This document shows, one piece after another, positions 34,533-44,678 of a stretch of 64,000 bases of DNA. The notes below the pieces were generated by a model. That model did not search any database. It worked only from the letters and a program-made list of their open reading frames with translations, and had not been told where the DNA came from. This stretch comes from Cyanophora paradoxa CCMP329. Taxonomy: Eukaryota; Plantae; Glaucophyta. Numbering within the stretch: position 1 is the stretch's first letter; every line of letters begins with the position of its first letter. The stretch spans positions 186,001 to 250,000 of the forward strand of contig QPMI01000062.1 of assembly GCA_004431415.1 (NCBI GenBank). Direction: 5' to 3'. The position numbers were made by a program, and so were the translations under genes.

Positions 34533-35074
34533 GCAGCCTTAGCTCTGGTTCCTCCAGCACGGCCGCTGGCGCCTCTGCGGGGGCGCGAGCATTCGGCGCT
34601 AGGCAGGCAATCGTTCGACGGATGCATCCTTTCTTTCCTGTACGTGCCCCGTAGACTCTGGACCCAATCTTGATCATGGTCCTGTTCTGTTCGCCTCGCG
34701 TGCCCAAGCCATCAGCCCAGTTCCTCCATGGAGCCGGGATTCTTTTCACGACAACAATCTGCGTCAGAACCTCCGTTTGGCGCGTCGGCGGCGGCGGCCC
34801 ATCTTCTCCCGCGGGGTCGGAGCGCTCGGCGATCGCGACCCGTGGCTGCAGCCCCGGCGCTTGCGTTCGTTTTGCGGGAGCGGGCAGTCTGGGGGAGCTA
34901 GCTTCTGGCGTTCTGGCGGCCCAGGGACTCTCTCGCCTTCTCGCTAGACCCAACCTCAGGGGGCCGGTCCTTTCTCTCGCACGGACCCTGCGAGCGCATG
35001 CACGACACAGAGGCAGCCCCTTTCATTTCCATCCGCGGAAGCGCGTCCTAGCTGCACTGCCGGGGGGTTCCAGC

Positions 35075-38000
35075 TCAGCCGTTTCCGTAGGAGGCGCTCT
35101 TGTGCTTTGCCCTGCGCGCGAGGGCCGCGTCAGGAGGGCCGGCGCAGGGGTCGGGGGCGGCCCGGCGGGTCGGTGATGGGCTCGAGGGGGCGCGGGCGCT
35201 GGCGGGCGCACATGAAGCGGAAGCCCTCGGGGACGGGGCCCAGCAGCATCTCCGAGATCTGCGGCGGCGGGGGTCACACCTCCCGGCCCGAAGTTCTGGG
35301 CCCGGGGGCGCGGCGGGGGCGGGGGCGGGGGGCGGGGGGCGGGGCGGGCCTTGACCCAGTCGCGGGAGTCGTCGGAGCAGAGGAGGTCCTCGAGGTCGGA
35401 GCGGGCGCAGAACTTGGGCGGCCGGTCGTTGATGCGCTGCGGCAGCACCTCGAGGAGCCCCGCGGGGATGTAGCGGCACGTGTACGAGAGCCACTGCACC
35501 GCCGCCGTCAGCGCGGGGCCGCAGCGAGGGGCCGTCGGGCGGGGCGGGGGCGGGCCTCGAGGAGGAAGCGGCGGGTGTTCTCGACGCCCTTGTCGTCGGA
35601 GCCCCAGTGGTCGAGGCCGTAGTTGACGAAGTCGCGGCAGAGGTCGAGGCGCTCCCCCGCCGAGATGTCCCACGTCCGCCGCTCCTTGATCTCCGTGAAG
35701 ATCCACGGCTTCAGCAGCGCCTGCGCCGCCCCTCGGCGGGGGCGCGGGGAGGGGCGGGACGGGGGGCGGGCGGCGCACGCCGCGGGCGACCATGCAGGTC
35801 GCGATCTTCCCGGACTCCATGCGCGCCCAGTACTGCCCGCGAGGGAGTGGGCGGGAGGCAGGCGGGGCGACGGCGGCGGGCGGCGCACGTCCTCCCAGCC
35901 GAGGATGTCCCCGTTGCCGATGACGGGCACCGGCGAGCCCTCCGCCACCCGGTTGATGTACTCCCAGTCTGCGCCCCGCCCTCCCCCGTGAGCCCCGGAA
36001 GCAGAGGGGCGGGGCGGGGCGGGGCAGGCCGGCGAGCTTGTGGTAGCGCTGCAGCCGCGAGCGACCGTGGACCTGCGGGAAGGGGCTCGCAATCCGAAGG
36101 CAGGGGCCGGCTCGAGCGGGGCGGACGGTGACGGCGGAGGCGCCCCACTGGGCGACGAGGGGCGCGAACTTGTGCGCCACCTGCCGCTTGTCGTCCCAGC
36201 CCTGCCCCGCCCCGCCCGCCCGCTCGAACTCGCGGGGGGGAAGAGAGCAGGGGCGCGGGGCGCGGCCGCACGGTGCGCATCTTGACGGTGACGGGGCAGG
36301 AGAGGATGGAGGACCTGCCGGCCGGCCGGGGTCGATGCGGCCCAGCGCAGAAGAGGCGGGGCGGGCCGGGCCCGGGGCGGGGCGGGGCGGGGCGCACATG
36401 CTGCGGACGACGCCCTCGAAGCGCTGGGGCCGGTTCAGGAGGGCCGAGCCCCCGCCGCGGTTCACCACGATGTCGATCGGGCAACCGCTGCGCGCGAGGG
36501 GCGTCGGGGGGGAGCGGCGTGGGGGAAGCGGCGATGCGGGGGCACCAGTTGAGGTCCACGAAGTCGACGTCGGGGATGTGGTCCTCGATCAGCTCCGCCA
36601 CCCTGCGCCCCGCTCAGCGGCGCCGGCTGGCCCGGACCCGCTGGGGGGCCCCCGCACTTGGCGAGGAGCTCGGGGACGCTGCCGCAGAGCTGGACGCCGA
36701 AGACGCCCTCCGAGCGGTGCCGCCGCAGCAGCGCCCACTCCGAGTTCTGCCCCGCCAGCAGGTTCGGCGCCATCGCCATCTCCCCGCACGTGATCTCGCA
36801 CCCCAAGCCCTGCCCCGCCCCGCCCCGCCCTCGCCAGAGGCCCCCGGCGCCGGCGGAGGGGGAAGGGGCCAGGGGCGCGCCCTGCAGATGCGGCGGAAGG
36901 GCGTGTTCCCGACCGTCGTCAGCGGCGCCAGGTACGTCTTCCCCGCGAAGTCCACCTGCACGAGAGGCCCCCGCCCGTCGGCCACGCCGCGAGAGGGGCG
37001 GGGCGGGGTGGGGCGGGGCGGGGTGGGGCGGGGCGGGCCCTGCGCTTCTCGGCGGGCCGGAGGCGGGCCTCGCGGTCGTGGCTCCCCTGGTCCAGCTCCT
37101 CCTTCTTCCGCTCCTCCGCCGCCGCGGCGGGCTCCTTCACCGACGCCTCCTGCGTCGCCGGCTCCGCCGCATCCTCCTCCTCCTCCTTCTCCTCCCCGCC
37201 GTGCTGCCCCTCCTCCTCGGCCGCTGCACGCTCCGGGGCCTCCTCCCCCGCCGCGCACTCCTCCCCCTCGCACCCCTCCAGCTCCTTCGCCTGCGCAGGC
37301 CGGCGGGTGAGGGCGGGTGACGCGCGGCGGGCGCGCGAAGATTGCGGACCTGTCCGGAGGTGCCGCCGGCGCCGGCGCCGGATCCGGAGCGGTTGCGCTC
37401 CTTCATGATGGCGTCCCACTCGGCCTGGAAGCGGTCCGAGCGGGCGAACGAGAGCTGCTTCTTCCGCAGTCGCGTCTGCAGATCCCGCGTGAACACGTTC
37501 AGCAGCGGGTCCTTCCACGCCGCGAACTTCTGCGGCCCGGGGTCAGCTCCGCCGCCGCCTCAGCTCGGGGGCCACACGCACCACTTCGTCGACGACGTTC
37601 TTGCCGTCGCGGATGTGGGTGGCGCCGTAGCGGCAGAGGATGCCGAAGGGGCACTTGCCGCTCGCCTCGAAGTGCCTGCAGGAGGGCCCGAGGTCCGCCG
37701 GCTTGCTCGCCAGGTACTTAGCCACGTCGTGGCTGAAGTGGCACTTCTCCCCGTGCGCGCACTCCTCCCCCAGCGCAACCTGCGCGCACGCCGCCGGTGA
37801 GCGCGCCCCGCGCCCGGCCCGCGCCGGCACCGGCGCCCACGCACCGTGAAGCACATCTTCTGGTCGCGCGCCGGCTTGTCCTGCGGCGCCGCGCGGATGC
37901 GCTCCCGCTTCTTGCGCTTGCCGCCGCCCCCCTGCTGGTCTCGGTCTCCCTTGCGCTTCTTGCCCTCGGCATCGTCGCCTGCTCCCGCTCCGCCTTCCGC

Positions 38001-38364
38001 TGGCGCCTCGCCGTTCGCGGCGCCGCCTCCCGCGGGCGCCTCTGGGGCTGAACTCGCGCTTGCCGCTGCCTCGCTTCCCGCGCTGGCGGCCGCGCCGTCG
38101 CCCGCGGGCACCTGCTTCGGTTGTCGCGGCTTGACGCGCAGGTACCTGCCGGCAGTGCGATCAGCGCAAGCGGCGCGTACGTGGGCTTCGGAGCTCACTC
38201 GCGCTTCACTGGAGCAATACCGAGCGCCTGCAGCTCTGCGGGAGGCGTGTCATAGCTAAGCGGGCGATCGAAGGGGGAAGCAGACCTGCGCCGGTCATGG
38301 AAAGCAGCGCGGCCGGATCCTCTCTCGAGATACCTTCAAACGCCATCGCCGCCTCGCTGGCCAT
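35075..38364 (-). CDS. DUS3: tRNA-dihydrouridine(47) synthase
   Basis: Two CCCH fingers, [77 protein letters not shown]. Confidence 0.95.
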
Positions 38365-38477
38365 CTTTCCCGCTCGCTCGCGCTCACGGCCGGCAAGTGC
38401 TGAAGCGGGGTACGCATGCTCGTCTTGTTGAGCTCGCTAGGCCTGTCAGCGAGGCTTTCAGCAGCTCGCCGCCATCC

Positions 38478-38511
38478 GATTCAGCTCCGTGAGAGATTCA
38501 GCTCCGTGAGA
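38478..38511. repeat. Perfect 17-bp tandem duplication GATTCAGCTCCGTGAGA
   Basis: Read directly; located in the DUS3/TIR divergent promoter region. Confidence 0.9.
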
Positions 38512-38712
38512 GCCTACTTGCTTGGTCGCCGCCGGTCGGCGCCGCTGTACCGACGCTTTTTTAGTAGCTGCACGGTATCCGCGGTTCCATGCGCTAAGGG
38601 CCGGATTCACTGCGGAGCGCGTCAGCACAGTGTCATTACGGATTTCGGCTCTCGCGCACGAGGCCGGCTGAGTGCGGACCGAGCCTTCTTCGCCAAACTT
38701 GAAACGTTAGCT

Positions 38713-41269
38713 ATGGCGAACGCGGCGGCCCTACGGCCCGTCTTCATTAGCTACTCGTCGAAGGTGAGCCGAACGTCGCGAGGAAAGCCTCGGCGTGGCT
38801 CGGCCGACACGGCAGGGCCACACGCGCAGGACAAGGAGTTCGCGTGGAAGCTGGTGGAGGACCTGCGCCTCAACGGCCTCGAGCAGTCCATTTGGATCGG
38901 TGCGACCGTCTCGCGCTACATTCGTGTGCTCCGGCCCTGAGCTGAGCCCGCCCGGGGCCCGCCCGCGCCGCGGCCGCAGACCGGGACTTCATCGAGGCGG
39001 GGCAGACGGGGTGGCGGGAGCAGATCGTGAAGGAGCTGAACTACTGCCGGGTGGCGATCTGCGTGCTCAGCGCCAACTACTACGAGTCCGTCCCCTGCGC
39101 GAAGGAGGCGAACGGCCTCTCCGACCGCGAGGAGCGCCGCGAGGACCTCGTCGTCCGCCCCGCCCCGTACCCCCCTCGCCCTCCCCCCTGCCTCTGACGG
39201 GAGGCAGATCATCCCGCTGCGGTACACGATGGATCCCATCCCCGAGAAGCTCCAGGTGGCCTCGTACCCCCCGCCCCCTCCCCTCCCCCCCTCCCCCCCT
39301 CCCCTCCCCCCCTCCCCCCCCTCCCCTCCCCGTGTCCCTCTCACGCCGGCGCCGCAGTGGGTCTTCGACTCGAGCAAGCAGTGGTGGGCGCCGGGCACCC
39401 GGCGGGGCGCGGGGACGGCAGCTGACGGGCGGGGCAGGGTGGACTTCTCGGAGAAGGGGGCGCGGGCGGGCCGCTGCGGGCGACTACCCGGCGGCCTTCC
39501 GCGCCCTCCTCGACCCCTCTGCAAGAGCCTCGGCCTCGCCGCCCCCGCGCCCTCCGCTTCTCCGGCGACCCCGACGCCGAGGGCGAGCGCGCCCCGGCCC
39601 GGGCCCCGGCGCCGGCCACGGGGGCGCGCCGCCGCCGCAGCGGTCGATGCCCGCTCGTGCGCCGGCCGGCGACGCGGACGCGGCGGCGCAGGCGGCGGTG
39701 CGGAGCCGGGAGTACCTCGAGCAGGCGGTGCGCGGTGCCGCCGCCCTCGGGCGCGAGCGCGAGCTCGGCGCCGCTCCGGCCGAAGCGTTGCGCAGGACGG
39801 AAAAGAAGCGGAGCAGCTGAAGGCGATCTTCCGCGGTCTGGACTTCAACCAGGACGCCCTCATCACCCTCGACGACCTCAACCTGCCCTTCGCCGGCAAC
39901 CGCGTCAAGGCGCCGGCCCCCGCGCCCCGCCTTCTTCCCTCCCTCGCTCCCTGTCTTTCCTGAGCGGGGCGGGGCGGGGCCAGATCGGGGCCTTCATGAC
40001 GGCGTTCGGGCTGCGCCTCAACGGCCGCCTCGAGGCACGCACCTTCGTCGAGGTGACCCGTCCCCTCCCCCCCCCCTCCCACCACCCCCCTCCCGCTCCC
40101 GCGCAGTGGACTCACCGCCCGCGCCGCAGAAACTGGTCGGCATCGAGGTCATGGAGGGCCAGAACGGTGAGCGCGCGCCCCTTCGCGCAGTGCCGCGCAG
40201 CGGCCGCTGCGCCTGAATCTGGCCTCCCGCCGCGTGCAGTGCCCTCGCAGTTGAAACCGGTGCATGTCTCCCCAGGGGACCTCCCGCTCAGGTGCCCCCC
40301 GCTGGGAGATGACGGGGTGGCGGCGGGCGGCAGGTGGCCGAGGCTTTCCAGTGGCTGGTCGAAACGACGAGGGCGGATGCGGCGGACCCGCGGCAGCGCG
40401 CCGAGGTGCCCCTCCGCCCGCCCCCGGGGCCCCTCGGCGCCGCGCTCAGCCGCCGTGGCGCCGTCGACGCGGCGCGCGGCAGCTGCTCTTCCGCTACTAC
40501 GACCGGAACGCGAGCGGCGGCCTCTCCTTCGACGAGGTCCTCGCCGTCATCCAGGTGCGGGCTCGAGCGGCGCGGCTCCCCAGGGGCCGCGCCGCGCCGC
40601 TCTCCCCTCCCCGCCCGACCCCGCCGGCACAGGCCTTCCGGAAGTCCGGCGACCAGGAGTTCTCCCCCGCCGAGATCGACGAGATCCGCACCCTCTTCGA
40701 GTGCGCGGCGTCCGACGCGAGGCCGAGCCGCCGAGCGGGGCGCTGAGGGGCGGGGCGGCGGGCGCAGCGCGGTGGACGAGAACCTGGACGAGGATATCTC
40801 GCTGGAGGAGTTCGTGAAGGCCATCGAGACCCTCCCCGAGTTCAAGACGGCGTGGGAGCCGTGGGAGACCCCCGGCGGGCTCGGCCCGCCCGTCAACGCC
40901 GCCGGCGCCCCCATGGCCCGCGGCGCGAAGGGCGGCATCTACTACTGCGGGCGGAACATCGGGAAGTGCCGGTGCCGCCCCTCGGGGACCTGCGACGGGG
41001 TCTGCGGGACGGGGAGCGGCTGCCAATGCGCGGACTGCGAGGCGGCGGAGGCGGAGCGGGAGGCGAAGGGCGACGCGCCGCGCTTCAAGAGCGCGAGGCA
41101 CGCGCACGAGCTCGCCCTCCAGGTGCCGCGCTACACGGGGCAAACGTGGGGCTGCGACATCTGCAAGCAGCGGATGAAGAACTGTTGGCGCGGCAAGTCC
41201 TTCCACTGCCCTCAGTGCAAGTTCGACATGTGCTGGGCCTGCTACACCGCGGAGAGCGGCACAGGGTAG
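38713..41269 (+). CDS. TIR-domain + EF-hand + Cys-rich motif + ZZ-like zinc-finger protein
   Basis: TIR: VFISYSSKDKEFAWKLVEDL...IWID...WREQIVKELNYCRVAICVLSANYYESVPCAKE...IIPL. EF loops: DFNQDALITLDD, DRNASGGLSFDE, DENLDEDISLEE. Cys-rich: YYCGR..C.C....CDGVCG...GCQCADC. Finger: HAHEL..WGCDIC...FHCPQCKFDMCWACY. Confidence 0.88.
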
Positions 41270-41640
41270 CTGCAGCCGTAGCCGGATTTGTCTGTAACAC
41301 GGTGCCACGCCGTGACGCTGATTGGATTCAACTTGGCAAAGCCATTACAGTCCAGCCATTCACAGCCAGAAAAAGGCGCATATGCATGTGCACATGCACA
41401 TGGAACGACGTCGACGGGGGCGGATAGCCTAAAGCTAGCAGGGTTCAACTTGGCAACTCGAGCCGGCGAGCTCGGGGGTAGAATCGAGTGCGAGGAGGAT
41501 TGCTAAAGGTGCCACGGTGGAAGGAGGTTCCGGATCTTCGGAAGCCTTGCTGGGGGGGCGCAACCCCCTTCAGGCTTGCAGCAAGCAATCAATTTCGAAT
41601 GTGTGGAGAAATTCACAATAGCCTAGTAGCTGGCCCAGGG
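41270..41640. repeat. Palindrome-ladder intergenic block
   Basis: 16-bp palindrome TGCATGTGCACATGCA at 41383-41398; TTCAACTTGGCAA twice; CACGGTGCCAC; GTGCCACGGTGGA. Confidence 0.7.
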
Positions 41641-41682
41641 GAGGGGCCGAGGGGGTCGAGGGGGCTGGGGGCCGGCCGGCGG

Positions 41683-44487
41683 CTAGAAGCTGGTGGAGGG
41701 GGTGTCGCGCCAGTCGGGGTGCGTCGGGGGCGACGGCGGCCGCCGCGCCATCGCCCGCCCCGCCGCGGGCTCCTGCGCCCCCGGCGCCAGCGTCACCTCC
41801 CCGCCGTCCTCCGAGCACTTCAGCACCTGCGCCACCTGCGAGCGCGGGGGATCAGACGGGCCGGCGAGCGCCCCGGCCCGGCCCCCGCGCGCCTTGGAGA
41901 CGCAGCCGAGGGAGGAGATGGTGCGCAGCAGCCAGCTGGTGAGCGCGCCGCCCTCGGCGGGGGCCGCCGCGGCCCCCGCCGCGCTGTACGGGTTCACCTG
42001 AGCCGGAGCCGGCGCCGGCGCAGGTGCAGGCGGGCTCGCGGCGGGGCCGCGGCTCGTGCCGGGCGTGAAGCGCGCGACGAACTGGTCGGCGGCGGCGCCC
42101 TCGGAGGGGCGGGCGGGGGCGGTGCGGCGGGGCCTCTCGCGGGGGCGTCGCCGGCTTCGCGCGGGCGACGTCGGGGAGAAGCCCTGCGGGAAGGGCGGCC
42201 CGGGGGGCGGGGGCGGCGCCTGCGCGCGGGGCACAGAGTGAGCGGGGACGCGGGGGCTCGCAAGGGGCGGGCGGGGCGGACGGGGGCGGTGATGGAGGAG
42301 GGGTGGACGCCCCAGCGGGCGTCGACCTCGGCGGCGCGGCGGGCCATCTGGATCTCGTGCATGAGGCGCAGGATCGAGTCCTCCTGCTCGCGCAGCCGCG
42401 CCCGCATCTCCGCCTTCTCCGCCAGCAGCGCCGCGTTCGTGCTCCGCAGCTCCTCCACCGCCGCAGGGTCCGCCCCGGGCGAGCCCGGCGCACCCGCCGG
42501 CTCCCCCGGCGCCTGCCCCTCGGGGGCGGCGGGGGGCGTCCAGTAGGGCGGACCCGGCGGCGAGGGGGACGGGCTCTGCGCCCCTTCCGCCCCCGCAGGG
42601 GGCAGCGGCGTCGGGCTCGCGGCGGCGCCGGGCGACTCGGCGGGCGGGGCGGCGGGCGGGCGCCCGGGTGCCGGAGGTGGAGGGCTGCGGGGTACAGGGG
42701 CGGGCTGCCGGCCGAGGAGGAGCCGCGGCGGCCGCCGGCCGGCGAGCTCGCGGCGCCGGCGCCGGGGGCGGGGGCGGAGGAGGGGCGGAGCCCGCGCGGG
42801 GCGGCGGGGAGGAGGAGGGGCGGGGCGGCGGGGCGGGGCCGGCGGCGAGGGCGACGGCGACGGAGCGGATGATGGTGCCGCCCTCGATGCGGGGCGGGTC
42901 GGGCAGCGCGGGGGGCACGGAGGCGGCCGGCGGCACGTCGGGGCCGGCGAGAGGCGGAAGACGTCGAGCGGGCTCTGCCCCGCCCCTCGGGCGGGCCGGC
43001 GAGAGGCTCCCCGGGCCGCCAGCAGCCGCCGCGCGTGCTCCGCGTCCGCCTGGATGGCCGCCATGGCGGCGGCGGCCGCCGCCGCCGCCCGCTCGCGCTC
43101 GCGCTGGAGCTCCTGCTGCGCGCGCTGCAGCGCCGCCCGCCGCCGGGCCTCCTCCGCGTCCTCCCCCGGGGCCGCCCCGTCCCCTCCCCGTCGTCCTCGT
43201 CGTCGTCCAGGTCGTCCTGCCCGCGCGTGAGTGGCGGCGCGGCGGGTCGGCGGGGCGGGGCACCATGTCGGGGACGCTGACCCAGCGGTGCCGGGCCCCG
43301 CCGCCGCCATCAGCCGGCTCGCCTGCTCCTGCAGCTCCTGCGCCCCGCCCGCACGCCCGTCGGCCCGAGCCGAGCGGCGCTGGGGCGGGCAGGGTCCGCG
43401 GGGCGCACGAGGGCGCGCATGCGGCGGCGGGCCTCCTCCTCCTCGCCCTTAAGGCGCTGCGGGCGGGGCCGGGGCGTGGGCGGGGCGCGGGGCGGGGCGG
43501 GGCGGGCGGGGCGCCGGGGCCGCACGAGCTCGGCCTCGCGCTGGAGGCGGCGCTCCTCGAACTGCTGCGCCAGCGCCGACTGGTACTCCCGCCGCGCCCA
43601 CTCCTTTGCCGCCCGCTCCGACCCCCCGGCGACGCCGGCGGCGCCGCCAGCAGCGACTCCGAGCTCGAGGGCGCCCGCGGGAGCGCCCGCTCCGAGGCGG
43701 GGGCCTCCGGGGAGCGCGAGGCGGCCTCGGCGGGGGCGCGCTCGGCGGCGCTCGCCTCGGCCTCCTCCGCGATGGCGGCCTCGAGGGCGGCGGCCGCCTC
43801 GGCGAAGCCCGGCGAGGGGTGCGCCTCCAGGCGCGCCTCCGCCTGCCGCAGGATCGCCGCCAGCTTCCGGCCCCGCACGCTCCCGATCCGCTCGCCCAGC
43901 TGCGGGCTCCCCCCGCGCTCGCTGCCGGCCGGCGGCGAGGCCGAGTCCGCGAGCGCCCGCAGCGGGTCCTCCAGCGGCGGCATCGCCGGCGGCGGCGACC
44001 CGGCGTCGCGGTCCGAGGCCCCCGCCTGGAGCAGCGCGTTCAGGCCCGAGAGGCTGTCCCGCTCCACGTAGGCCCCCAGCTCCTTCCGCAGCTCCCCGAG
44101 CAGCGCGAGCTCCTGCCGGCGCGTTCGGGCGGACCACGCGCGCTCACGCGCGATTTCGACGGCGCGTTCCGCACCTGCGGCGAGCGGCCGTAGTTCGCCG
44201 CCGCGAAGCCAGTGTCATCCAAAGGCTCTGTTGTGGCACGAGTCGGAGGTCGCGCGGGGTTCGCCTCGAGGCGGCCGCGGCGTTGGTGAAAACGCACCTC
44301 CGTTCACAGTACGAGGTGTTGCGGTGCCGCCCTGGGAAATAGGACTGAGCGCACCATCGGAAGACCGTGAGAGCGGCGGATCGTCGAGGTCGCGCGGCGA
44401 CCGGCCGTTGGCGAGAGCGTGCAGCTCTTCCAACCGCGCTTGCCGCGGCCGCCGCTCCCTGCGCCGCTTCTCACCGGTGTCGCTCAT
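41683..44487 (-). CDS. Unknown low-complexity / coiled-coil protein
   Basis: Coding-like exons (KEWARREYQSALAQQFEERR, EKAEMRARLREQEDSILRLMHEIQ, SWLLRTISSLGCVSK) separated by introns typical of this window. Confidence 0.65.
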
Positions 44488-44678
44488 CCGAGCCGCTCCG
44501 GCCAAACGAGCTAGCTCACAGAGACTCGAGCTGGAGGATAAGAACGCGCAACAGCAAGACTAGCTGCCGGAGGAGGCGCGGTTGTCAACTGGGTTGGGGG
44601 GGGGGGGGGGGGGGGGTTGAACTTCGAGGGGGCTACAGTCACGCGCACCTCAACTGCCAAAGCTCGCGGGCGGCGGCG

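Noticed and set aside
41293-41297. TGTAA chlorophyte-type poly(A) signal (also near 47859)
   Set aside because: Only two instances were noticed and none behind most other genes, which is insufficient support.
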